Source of the DNA: Kiritimatiellia bacterium
Lineage (GTDB): Bacteria; Verrucomicrobiota; Kiritimatiellia; RFP12; UBA3636
Length of the DNA stretch: 64,000 bases
Assembly (NCBI GenBank): GCA_017481725.1
Contig: JAFUOX010000022.1
Coordinates: forward strand, 4,668-68,667
Direction of reading: 5' to 3'
A program made the translations under genes and the position numbers. How positions within the stretch are numbered: the stretch's first letter is position 1; every line of letters starts with the position of its first letter. The notes beneath the pieces are model-generated. The model searched no databases and had not been told where the DNA came from. It worked only from the letters and a program-made list of their open reading frames with translations. Positions 9,680 through 18,802 of this stretch are shown here, piece after piece.

Positions 9680-10516
9680 ATGAGAACACCTATTGAAATT
9701 CCTTTGTGGAACGATATTTCCAAGGCACCATACTATAGACCAGAGGATGGAACAACACAGGAATACTTTATCCCACGAGAGGATGGTGGTAATTTAGCAA
9801 TTGATAGATTAACCAATGTTGTTAATCCAACTATTACTATATATAAAGCATCAACCTATAAGCCTGGGCCAGCCGTTTTGATTTGCCCTGGAGGAGGCTA
9901 TAGCATACTTGCAACCTCTCATGAGGGAGAGGATATTGCAGCTTGGTTTAACGCAAATTCTATAACTGCAATTGTTCTAAAATATCGTTGTCCAGATCGT
10001 CGTGATGCTGCTCTAGCAGATGCAATCCGAGCAATGCGTCTTATCCGTTCACGTGCAGCTGAGTTTTGCATTGATCCAGAGAAAATCGGAGTTTTGGGAT
10101 TTTCTGCTGGTGCAAATTTGGCTGGTCGTGTTTCAAATATGCCTACACCAGACGAGATATATGCTCCACAGGATGCAATTGATTCTCTTGATCACTATCC
10201 AAATTATTCCTTTATTATTTATCCAGCATATTTTTATGAAGAAGGATATAATTTGAACCCAGAGATTAAAATTACAGAAAGGACACCTCCTGCATTTATT
10301 ATGCAAGCAGAGGATGATAAACCATATGTTGATAGCTCTATTGCATATTTTGTTGGTATGAAGAATGCTTCTCGCCCTGCAGAGCTACACATATTCCCAC
10401 GTGGTGGTCATGGCTATGGCATATTTAGAAATGGCAATCCAACTCAGGAGTGGCCAGACCTTGCAATGAATTGGTTTAAGCGTGAAATTATGCAAGGAAA
10501 ACCTTTTATTGGCTAA
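9680..10516 (+). CDS. alpha/beta-hydrolase (esterase/lipase type)
   Basis: CPGGGY oxyanion region, nucleophile elbow GFSAGAN, C-terminal GGHGYG. Confidence 0.75.
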   Translation: MRTPIEIPLWNDISKAPYYRPEDGTTQEYFIPREDGGNLAIDRLTNVVNPTITIYKASTYKPGPAVLICPGGGYSILATSHEGEDIAAWFNANSITAIVLKYRCPDRRDAALADAIRAMRLIRSRAAEFCIDPEKIGVLGFSAGANLAGRVSNMPTPDEIYAPQDAIDSLDHYPNYSFIIYPAYFYEEGYNLNPEIKITERTPPAFIMQAEDDKPYVDSSIAYFVGMKNASRPAELHIFPRGGHGYGIFRNGNPTQEWPDLAMNWFKREIMQGKPFIG

Positions 10517-10859
10517 ATAAATACATACAAATCTTTATTTAATAAGGATTATCTCTCCATATTATTTTGCGTTGTGAACCTATTAATTTGAAGTAACAAT
10601 TTACTAAATCATTGTGGAAGATGTTCTAATAGAATGATGCTGTTTTGTATTGATAGGCTGAAGCTCTGCTTTTGCAAGAGCAGATGCACGCAAAGCCCTA
10701 GTGCTTTCTCTATTTAATCTTTACTTTTTGTTCCTTTTTATATAAACTATTAATTAATAAATCATCAAGTGGTTTTATTTTATATTTGAGGCTAAAGAGA
10801 TTTGATAAATTGTTTTTTTTATACTTGTTTTCTAGATTTGTATTAAGGAGTATATTTGT

Positions 10860-12062
10860 ATGGCAAACAAAAAACGTGTAAGTAAGATAAAAGAACAGGA
10901 CGATGTCTTAGATGAAAATAAAAACGAGCGTACTCGTGTTGCTCGTTCTATAAAAGAATTTCGGTTAAGAGCAAGAATTCCTCAGAAGGAATTTGCAAAA
11001 CAGGTTGGAATGTTGCCAGCACAGCTTTGCAATGTTGAAAAGGGCAAAAATATGCCTTCTTTAAGCACAATTTGCCGTATTGCAGAGGTTTTGGGTGTTA
11101 CAGTAAATGATTTGATGTACCATAGAACCTTTAAAGATGGTCCAAAAATTGGTGATTTGCGCAAGGGAAAGAATAACTCAGCAATACTTGCAAAAAAGCT
11201 TGAAGATTATGTTTCTCCAGATGAGTTTTGTGATAGAAAATATATCCGTGTTTCAAGACCAGCTCATGGAGCTGACTATTTGACACCAGAAATAGCAAAG
11301 GCTATAGATGAGCGCCTAATAGAGTATTGTGAATTAGAGACTCGCGGACAAGTAATTCAAAAGCCATGGCTAACATTTGATTTGCCAATTCTTATAGATG
11401 ATCAAACTTCAATTGAGCATCTAACTACTCGTATTCGTACAGCATTAGGTATTGGCTCTGCTGTTGTGATGGACTATGTTCAGCTTCTTGAGACATTTGG
11501 TATCAAAGTTATTTTCTTGAAAAATATTCCTGAATTTAAATTATCAGATGAGGCATCAAATAAAACATTCCAGAGTTGTTCATTATATGATAAGGCAAAT
11601 CGTAATGCAGTTATTGTTTTGAACAATTCAATGACTGCAGAAAGAAAGCAATTCCGCCTTATTTATGAACTAGGTATTATTTATCTTTATGCAAATAATC
11701 AATATTCAATGGTTATTGAGACAAAGGAAAATCGTAGATTAGCAAAGTATTTTGCTGCTTGCTTCTTGGTTCCTCGTGATTGCTTGCTAAATGATTTATT
11801 TACGTTTGGTATTCGCCCAGGAGAGTGGACTTATGAAGTTGTCCTTGCTTTTAAGTCTCGCTTTGGTGTTTCTGCTGAATCATTTGTATATCGTTTATTG
11901 GAAATTAAACGTATTAATAAAAATATAGCAGATGATATTCTAGATAAAATTCATGATTATTATGCAAAGAATAATAATAAAGAACCAGGCGGTTCTTTGA
12001 AGCGTATTTGTGTTGAAGAAAGTTCACGTTTTGAACTTTTAAAGATATGCAATAGACGTTAA
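10860..12062 (+). CDS. XRE-family HTH regulator fused to an ImmA/IrrE-like domain lacking HEXXH
   Basis: The N-terminal HTH is IPQKEFAKQVGMLPAQLCNVEKGKNMPSLSTICRIAEVLGV. The C-terminal half follows the COG2856 core, but the metal motif reads YELGI, and no HExxH occurs anywhere in the protein. Confidence 0.6.
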   Translation: MANKKRVSKIKEQDDVLDENKNERTRVARSIKEFRLRARIPQKEFAKQVGMLPAQLCNVEKGKNMPSLSTICRIAEVLGVTVNDLMYHRTFKDGPKIGDLRKGKNNSAILAKKLEDYVSPDEFCDRKYIRVSRPAHGADYLTPEIAKAIDERLIEYCELETRGQVIQKPWLTFDLPILIDDQTSIEHLTTRIRTALGIGSAVVMDYVQLLETFGIKVIFLKNIPEFKLSDEASNKTFQSCSLYDKANRNAVIVLNNSMTAERKQFRLIYELGIIYLYANNQYSMVIETKENRRLAKYFAACFLVPRDCLLNDLFTFGIRPGEWTYEVVLAFKSRFGVSAESFVYRLLEIKRINKNIADDILDKIHDYYAKNNNKEPGGSLKRICVEESSRFELLKICNRR

Positions 12063-12220
12063 AATCGGAGTTAATTTGTTCTTTTTTACAAAAAAGGTCT
12101 AAAATAAGGCAAAAAAACAAATTTTCTATTGATTTTTTTTATAAATTTCTATAATCTTTCTTTAGTTAGGTAGATATCTTAACTCTTAAAAATAATAACA
12201 AAAAAACTTTGGGAGCCATT

Positions 12221-13381
12221 ATGGGCAAAGCATTAAAAATATTGACCGTTATTGTATTTGTACTAAGCATAGTTGCTTTTGTTCTAGGTATGATGAATTT
12301 TAATAAACGCGAGTTATTGATTGCTCGTACAAATGTACTTGAGACAAGCATCATCAAGTTAGCTGGTACACTTGAAGCTGCTGACCCTGTTTTTGAGGGG
12401 GTCTCTGATCATACTGAATATGATATTGATGAGGTTTCTGATATGCCTAATGATACTCCAGCAGAGTCTGATTTCTGGAGCACATATAAGGATGTTTATG
12501 AGGTTATGGGTGGTGCAACAATGAACCTAAATAACGATGCATCTAAGGTAACTCTTCGCCAGTATTACTATAAGGTAAACCCAGAGACAAATAAGCCAGA
12601 CTACGTCAATGGTAAACCACAGAAGAATGCTCTAGGCGTTTATAGAACTGATGGTCCTGGCACAATGAGCGAGCTTCTAGCAACAATCCAAGATCGTGCT
12701 AATAAGCAGCAGTCATTGTTGAATGAGACACGTGACCAGCTAAAGATCGTACGCGAGGAGTTAGAGAAGGTTATTGATTTATTAAATGCTGAGAAAAAGG
12801 CTCATCGTCAGAGCAAGGCTACAATTACATCTTTGAATAAGAAGATTGCAGATCTTGAGGTTCAGATTGATGGATTGAACAAGAAGATTGCTCAGCTAGA
12901 GCGTGAGAAGCTCGAACTAAACGATAAGATTTCATCTCTTGAGTCTGAGTTAGCACAGAAGAACGAGGAAATTGCTTCTCAAGCTTCTGAGATTTCAACT
13001 CTTAAGGAAGAAATCAAGCGTTTATCATCTATAGATGCTGTTGGTGCAGTTACAGCTGGTGGCAAGGATCAGACAAGCTCTGTTATCTTGACTCCTGGTA
13101 ACAAGGGCGAGGTTGTTGGTGTTAACGCAGAATATGCATTCGTAATGGTTAAGTTGACAGATGATACAATGAAGGAGCTATTGGGTCAGGATTTGGCTGG
13201 TGAATTCGCACCAATTGAGGTTATGGTTATCCGTGATGGCTTTGAAGGTCCTGCTGGCAATATCGTTACACGCCTACGTATTGATCGCATCTCTCGTGAT
13301 GGCTCTAATATCGGTTATGCTGATAACCTATATGGTTGGGAGCAGTCCCCACTTAAGGTCGGTGACAAGGTTATCTACTAA
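12221..13381 (+). CDS. membrane-anchored coiled-coil protein, function unknown
   Basis: RBS GGGAG lies 6 nt before ATG 12221; the track ORF opens at TTG 12209. One N-terminal TM helix, a ~100-aa heptad-rich segment, and a beta-rich C-terminal domain. Confidence 0.55.
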   Translation: MGKALKILTVIVFVLSIVAFVLGMMNFNKRELLIARTNVLETSIIKLAGTLEAADPVFEGVSDHTEYDIDEVSDMPNDTPAESDFWSTYKDVYEVMGGATMNLNNDASKVTLRQYYYKVNPETNKPDYVNGKPQKNALGVYRTDGPGTMSELLATIQDRANKQQSLLNETRDQLKIVREELEKVIDLLNAEKKAHRQSKATITSLNKKIADLEVQIDGLNKKIAQLEREKLELNDKISSLESELAQKNEEIASQASEISTLKEEIKRLSSIDAVGAVTAGGKDQTSSVILTPGNKGEVVGVNAEYAFVMVKLTDDTMKELLGQDLAGEFAPIEVMVIRDGFEGPAGNIVTRLRIDRISRDGSNIGYADNLYGWEQSPLKVGDKVIY

Positions 13382-13410
13382 TCTTTCTTAAATAGTAGAT
13401 TGTCGATAAG

Positions 13411-13584
13411 ATGAGAAAAATAAATTTTGGGATTGTATTGCTAATACTGCTAGCCTTATCAATGGTAGGGCTAGCAAGTGGATGTAAAGCGATGGCCAAT
13501 CCCGAAGGAACTGATTTAAATTGGGCTGAAAGAGAATCTTGGGAAGGTGTCCCTGGTGGCTTACAGTCTATGTTAAATAACTAA
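13411..13584 (+). CDS. 57-aa lipoprotein (below the ORF-track cutoff)
   Basis: Runs from ATG 13411 to TAA 13582-13584. The translation MRKINFGIVLLILLALSMVGLASGC... has a signal peptide plus lipobox LASGC. Confidence 0.4.
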   Translation: MRKINFGIVLLILLALSMVGLASGCKAMANPEGTDLNWAERESWEGVPGGLQSMLNN

Positions 13585-13648
13585 TGTAATATACTTCGCG
13601 CGCTGGGGAATAACACGGCGCGTGTTGTAATTTTAGAAGGTGATATAA

Positions 13649-14293
13649 ATGCAAATTATTGTATTCTTAGGTGCTCCTGGTGCAGGAAAAGGCACAGCAG
13701 CAGTTCGCATTGCAGAGAAGCTCCCAGCAAAGCACATTTCAACTGGAGCAATGCTTCGTGAAGCAGTAAAAAATGGTACACCAGCTGGCTTAGCTGCTAA
13801 ATCATATATGGACGCAGGTTCTCTTGTTCCAGATAGTGTTTTGATTGATATGATTGGTGAACTATTAACAGCTTCTACACCTGATTCTGTATTTCTATTT
13901 GATGGTTTCCCTCGTAATGAGAGCCAAGCAGCAGCACTAGATGAACTTGCTGTTAAGTTCAATGCAGAGGTAGGCCCAGCTGTTTGCATCGATGTTTGCG
14001 AAGAGCTATTGCTAAAGCGCCTAGGCGGCCGCCGTGTTTGCCCAGCTTGTGGAGCCGGCTTCCACGTTTTATCTCTACCTCCAAAAGTAGAAGGTGTTTG
14101 CGATGTTTGCCAAGCAAAATTGATTACTCGTGCTGATGATCAGCCAGAAACAATCAAGCACCGCCTTGAGGTTTATGAAGAGCAGACAGCTCCTCTAATC
14201 GAATGGTACAAGAAAGCTGGTAAACTACGCATGGTTGATGGCTCTGGCGATGCAGATGCTGTTGCTGATGCTATTATGGAAGTTATTCGCTAA
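13649..14293 (+). CDS. adk: adenylate kinase
   Basis: P-loop GAPGAGKGT and a LID zinc knuckle CPACG...CDVC; 214 aa. Confidence 0.92.
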   Translation: MQIIVFLGAPGAGKGTAAVRIAEKLPAKHISTGAMLREAVKNGTPAGLAAKSYMDAGSLVPDSVLIDMIGELLTASTPDSVFLFDGFPRNESQAAALDELAVKFNAEVGPAVCIDVCEELLLKRLGGRRVCPACGAGFHVLSLPPKVEGVCDVCQAKLITRADDQPETIKHRLEVYEEQTAPLIEWYKKAGKLRMVDGSGDADAVADAIMEVIR

Positions 14294-14337
14294 TTCCATT
14301 TGAATCACTCTATTGAAATAACACAAGGGGGCTCATC

Positions 14338-15717
14338 ATGTTCGGCTCAAAGAAAGATGTAAAATTAGGAATAGAGGATACTATTAATCGTTTGTATAAG
14401 GCATTTAAACCTTCTGCAGATAAGTATCACTATAATTTTTCTTTGCCTGAGCTAACTGTTGGTGGGCTCCCTACAATTATTTTTCTAGGAAATCATTCCT
14501 CAGGCAAATCTACACTAATAAACTATCTTCTTGGAGGAACTCAAGTTCAAGATACAGGTGTGGCTCCAACTGATGATGGCTTTACTATCATACTTTATGG
14601 AGAGAAGGATGAGGATTTCTATGGACCAGCTGCTCTTGGTCGCTTAACAAAAGAATTTGCAAATTTTAATAAATTCGGTCCTGAATTTCTCCAGCATTTA
14701 CGCGTTAAGTATAGAAAAAGCGACTTTCTAAAGAAGGTTAATCTAATTGATAGTCCTGGAATGATTGATACTGCAGGGGATAATTCAACAAGAAGCTATA
14801 ATTTCCCTGCAGTAGTCCGCAGCTTTGTTGAACTTTCTAATGTTGTTTTCTATATGTTTGATCCTGATAAACCAGGTACAACAGGTGAAACAGTAGAGGT
14901 TCTTTCAAAGTGCTTGTTTGGTATGGAGTTTAAACTCCGTGTACTACTAAATAAGTGCGATACCTTTGAAAATATGTACGATTTTGCTCGTTCATATGGT
15001 GCTCTGTGTTGGAATCTTTCACGTGTTCTTAAATTTAAGGATTTGCCAAAGATTTATACAACATTTACCCCTAATGATACAACACGAGTAAGCACACAAA
15101 TTGATTTAAATTGGTTTGAAAAGCATAGAGCAGAATTGCTTAACCTAATCTATACGGCAGAAGATCGTAAGACTGATAGTGTTATTGCTGCAGCTTCTGC
15201 TGATTTTACGCAGCTTTATATCCGTGTGCTAGTTATTTTAGCAGCAAGTAAGAAATTGTTTGTTGGTCGAGCAAAAGGTTGGTGCTTGACATTTTTGACA
15301 GCAGGTATTCTCTTCTTGCTTGAGCTTTGGGGCTATAAAGCTTTAACAGGTCTAGGAATTACAGGTCCATTCTCATATAAACTATTTCTATTTTGGCTAC
15401 TTGCTGTTGTTTTAGTTGCTGGAAGCTTTTGGATTGGAGCTATATTTATAAAACTTGCCCAGAAAAAATCTAGGGCACGAATGGTTCTCGGCATTGATAA
15501 ACTATTTGAAGACTCATTTGCAGAATCTCTTTCCTATGGCGATAGAGGCGATTTGCGCCAGTATTGGTCTGTAATTAAACCTGAAACAATTTTGATTATC
15601 AAAAATACAAAGCATCTTCCTATCTTCGGCTGGGGATTAAAAGCTCGATTAGAACGAGTTATTTATGTCCAGCTTAAGGAATCAATGGAAAAGCTACGTA
15701 GAAATGCACAAAAATAA
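14338..15717 (+). CDS. dynamin/EHD-like large GTPase with C-terminal membrane anchor
   Basis: G1 GNHSSGKST, G3 DSPG, G4 NKCD; two predicted TM helices near aa 310-370. Confidence 0.6.
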   Translation: MFGSKKDVKLGIEDTINRLYKAFKPSADKYHYNFSLPELTVGGLPTIIFLGNHSSGKSTLINYLLGGTQVQDTGVAPTDDGFTIILYGEKDEDFYGPAALGRLTKEFANFNKFGPEFLQHLRVKYRKSDFLKKVNLIDSPGMIDTAGDNSTRSYNFPAVVRSFVELSNVVFYMFDPDKPGTTGETVEVLSKCLFGMEFKLRVLLNKCDTFENMYDFARSYGALCWNLSRVLKFKDLPKIYTTFTPNDTTRVSTQIDLNWFEKHRAELLNLIYTAEDRKTDSVIAAASADFTQLYIRVLVILAASKKLFVGRAKGWCLTFLTAGILFLLELWGYKALTGLGITGPFSYKLFLFWLLAVVLVAGSFWIGAIFIKLAQKKSRARMVLGIDKLFEDSFAESLSYGDRGDLRQYWSVIKPETILIIKNTKHLPIFGWGLKARLERVIYVQLKESMEKLRRNAQK

Positions 15718-15735
15718 TTTATTGGTGGTGTTAGT

Positions 15736-16377
15736 ATGCTATTAGCAATAGAACGTTCAACGGCACAAAGCTCTGCTTGTATTTATACAGCTGATAATAA
15801 ACTTCTTAAGAGTAGAATCGAAATATCCTCTGGCACGGGAGATGCTTATGAACTCATTAATGGGTTGCTAGTAGATGCTGGTGTGGCTATTGACCAAATT
15901 AAGCGCTATGCTGTTGGTTTGGGACCAGGCTCTTTTTCTGGTATTCGTTCTAGCTTGGCTGTAATTAATGGCTTTGCAATTCCTGATGGAGCAACAATTG
16001 TTGGCATCGGAAGTGCTGTTGCTGCAGCCTATGCATATCATAAGGAATATCCTCGTACAGATCACATTGCTGTACTTGGTGATGCTCGCCGTGGCAGAGT
16101 CTGGATGGCAACCTTTGGTGACGGCTATAACCATTGCCACGATGCAAATGGTTTTGCACAAATTTCTAAAGCAGAGCTCGCATCAGCAATTCCTGCAGAT
16201 GCTGTTATTATTACTCCTGATTGGGAGCGCTTAAAGGTAGATTTGCAAGCCGCAATTCCTTCCTCACGCCTTATCTCAGAGCCATTTTATCCAACTGCTG
16301 AAGCTGTTGCTGAGCTTGCTATTGCTGGTCATGGTGCTGCAATTCCTGCTCCGATTTATCTAAATCCAGCTGTCTAA
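15736..16377 (+). CDS. tsaB: tRNA t6A37 biosynthesis protein TsaB
   Basis: LLAIERST and GLGPGSFSGIRS match the YeaZ/TsaB family. Confidence 0.75.
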   Translation: MLLAIERSTAQSSACIYTADNKLLKSRIEISSGTGDAYELINGLLVDAGVAIDQIKRYAVGLGPGSFSGIRSSLAVINGFAIPDGATIVGIGSAVAAAYAYHKEYPRTDHIAVLGDARRGRVWMATFGDGYNHCHDANGFAQISKAELASAIPADAVIITPDWERLKVDLQAAIPSSRLISEPFYPTAEAVAELAIAGHGAAIPAPIYLNPAV

Positions 16378-16407
16378 TCTTCCTACCTCTTGAATAAAAA
16401 TTATCCA

Positions 16408-16803
16408 ATGAAAATAGGTATAACTTTTGGAACATTTGATGTTTTTCATTTTGGGCACTTACGTATATTAGAACGTTCTAGAGAGCTCTGTGATAAGCTT
16501 GTTGTTGGTATATCAAGTGATGAATTAAATTTTTCAAAAAAAGGTAAGCTGCCAGTCTATAATTTTGAAGAACGTGCCCGTATTGTTGGTGCCTTAAAAG
16601 TCGTTGATGAGGTTTTTAAGGAAGAAAGCCTAGAGTTAAAAGCAGAATATATAAAGAAATTTAATGCTTCTGTGCTTATTATGGGTGACGATTGGGCAGG
16701 GAAATTTGACTGGGTAAAGGAGCATTGCGATGTTGAAGTGATATATCTTCCACGTACTCCAAGTGTCTCCACAACTGCAATTATAGAAAAAATTCGCAGT
16801 TAA
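16408..16803 (+). CDS. tagD: glycerol-3-phosphate cytidylyltransferase (TagD-like)
   Basis: GTFDVFHFGHLRILE, GDDWAGKFDW and IYLPRTPSVSTT are colinear with TagD as I recall it. ATG 16408 is preferred over TTG 16390. Confidence 0.8.
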   Translation: MKIGITFGTFDVFHFGHLRILERSRELCDKLVVGISSDELNFSKKGKLPVYNFEERARIVGALKVVDEVFKEESLELKAEYIKKFNASVLIMGDDWAGKFDWVKEHCDVEVIYLPRTPSVSTTAIIEKIRS

Positions 16804-16897
16804 TTCTTTTTCTATGCTCGTGCGTGAGTGTTAAGACCTTGCCACATTTTTTTTTATTTAAACCTTTTGATTAATTTTTTGTTTCTTAGTTGTTACT

Positions 16898-17317
16898 ATG
16901 AGTGATTTGCCTACAGAGAAAAAGGATGAGTTCCCTCCATTGATGTCTAATACTATTGCGGCAGGCTTCCCATCCCCTGCAGAGCAATATGTAGAAGCAC
17001 CACTAGATTTGAACCAATTACTTGTAAAGCGTCCAGCAGCAACTTTTTTTCTTCGCGTTTCAGGGACATCTATGATTGAAGCAGGAATTTTTGATGGTGA
17101 TATTCTTGTTGTTGATAGAAGCATTGAAGCAAAGGATGGAATGATTGTTGTTGCTTGTGTTGATGGGGAGTTTACCGTAAAAAATCTCAAGAAGAATGGA
17201 AATTCAATAACGCTTGAGCCTGCAAATAAAAGCTACACATCAATTACCTTTAAAGACGGTATGGAGCTACGTATCTTTGGCGTAGTTACTGCAGTTATTC
17301 ATCGCATTATCGGCTAA
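16898..17317 (+). CDS. umuD: UmuD-like S24 self-cleaving peptidase (no HTH)
   Basis: AAGFPSPA cleavage region, SGTSM serine and a downstream lysine. The gene ends 15 nt before a Y-family polymerase gene. Confidence 0.8.
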   Translation: MSDLPTEKKDEFPPLMSNTIAAGFPSPAEQYVEAPLDLNQLLVKRPAATFFLRVSGTSMIEAGIFDGDILVVDRSIEAKDGMIVVACVDGEFTVKNLKKNGNSITLEPANKSYTSITFKDGMELRIFGVVTAVIHRIIG

Positions 17318-17332
17318 TTTGAGCATAAAATT

Positions 17333-18607
17333 ATGATTTGTCTTGTTGATGGAAACAATTTCTATGTTTCCTGCGAAAGAATTTTTAATCCCAAGCTAGA
17401 GGGTCGCCCAGTGGCTGTGCTTTCCAATAATGATGGGTGCGTAATTAGCCGCTCCTATGAGTTTAAGGCACTAAATATTCCAATGGGCACCCCGTACTTT
17501 AAGCTTAAACCAATGCTTAATGTATATGGGATAGCCATAAAATCAAGCAATTATGAGCTATATGGTGATATTTCTCGCCGCATTATATCCGTTTTACAAG
17601 AGCATTGTCACGATGTCGAACAATATTCTATCGATGAAGCCTTTGTATATATGGATTTGCATAAAGGCTACGATGTGGCAGAGTATGAGGCTTTTGGACG
17701 CTTATTAAGAAGCCGTGTGTTAAATTGGGTGGGTATCCCTTGTGGTGTTGGTTTTGCAAAAACAAAAACTCTAGCAAAGATAGCAAATCATATTGGCAAG
17801 AAGTTGCCTTCAGGTGTATTTGTAATGCCAGAAAATCCTAAAACAGTTCTTGAGAATTTGCCAATAGATGAGGTTTGGGGTATAGGGAGAAAACTTGCTG
17901 CTCGCCTTCAGCAAATGGGGATAAAGACTGCATGGCAATTTGCAAATATAGATAGAGCATTGATTCAAAAGAAGTTTAGTATTACTCAGGTAAAGACAGC
18001 TGATGAGCTTCTCGGTATTCCACGCTTTGAACGAGAAAATCCAGAAGAGCCTTCCCAAAGTATATCTTGCTCTCGTTCCTATGGTTATCCTGTTGAAAAA
18101 ATAGAAGAGATTCGAGAATCTGTTGCTCACTATATCGCACAAGCTGCAGAAAAGCTCCGTAATGAGAAGCTTCGTGCAGCTGGTGCAAGCATTTATCTTC
18201 AATATTATCCAGAGTATGGACAATACGCACAAGATGGTGGCTATGTTTCTACTGTAATTGCTTTTGCATCTGCTACTAATGCCACATCTATTATGCTTTC
18301 AAGTGTGCTACCTGCAGTTGATGCATTGTTTATAAAAGGCCGACGCTACAAAAAGTCAGGTGTGCTTTTTTATGGACTAGAGTCGGAACGCATACAACAG
18401 CTTGAGCTTTTTAAAGATGAAGCTGCAGAAGCACAAAAGGAGAGAGAAGAAAGGCTTGCACATGTGGTCGATTCTGTAAATAATCAATTAGGCCGCAATA
18501 CATTATTCTATCTCTCAGAAGGCATTGAACGCCCATGGCAAATGCGCCGTGAATTCCTTACACCAGACTACACCACCTCTTGGGATGATTTGCCAGTTGT
18601 TAAATAA
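17333..18607 (+). CDS. umuC: UmuC-like Y-family translesion DNA polymerase
   Basis: DGNNFYVSCE and SIDEAF catalytic motifs; 424 aa. Confidence 0.8.
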   Translation: MICLVDGNNFYVSCERIFNPKLEGRPVAVLSNNDGCVISRSYEFKALNIPMGTPYFKLKPMLNVYGIAIKSSNYELYGDISRRIISVLQEHCHDVEQYSIDEAFVYMDLHKGYDVAEYEAFGRLLRSRVLNWVGIPCGVGFAKTKTLAKIANHIGKKLPSGVFVMPENPKTVLENLPIDEVWGIGRKLAARLQQMGIKTAWQFANIDRALIQKKFSITQVKTADELLGIPRFERENPEEPSQSISCSRSYGYPVEKIEEIRESVAHYIAQAAEKLRNEKLRAAGASIYLQYYPEYGQYAQDGGYVSTVIAFASATNATSIMLSSVLPAVDALFIKGRRYKKSGVLFYGLESERIQQLELFKDEAAEAQKEREERLAHVVDSVNNQLGRNTLFYLSEGIERPWQMRREFLTPDYTTSWDDLPVVK

Positions 18608-18802
18608 TTCAAAATTCGGCAACCATAATTCCCAATGTAATATAAATTTCCCCAAAATTATATTGCTTGTTTCTTGCATCGTGAATACCCCATAAAAAAT
18701 TAATTAATTGAAATGCTTTGTAATATGACCTAATATGCTTGTCTTCTCGTTGTTATGTTTTGTATAATAGGATATGTAAATTAATGACTGTGGAGGTTTT
18801 TT

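Noticed and set aside
16804-16897. LexA/SOS operator upstream of umuD
   Set aside because: No CTGT-N8-ACAG, GAAC-N4-GTTC or TGTTC-N4-GAACA-type palindrome is present. An operator cannot be called without the lineage-specific motif.
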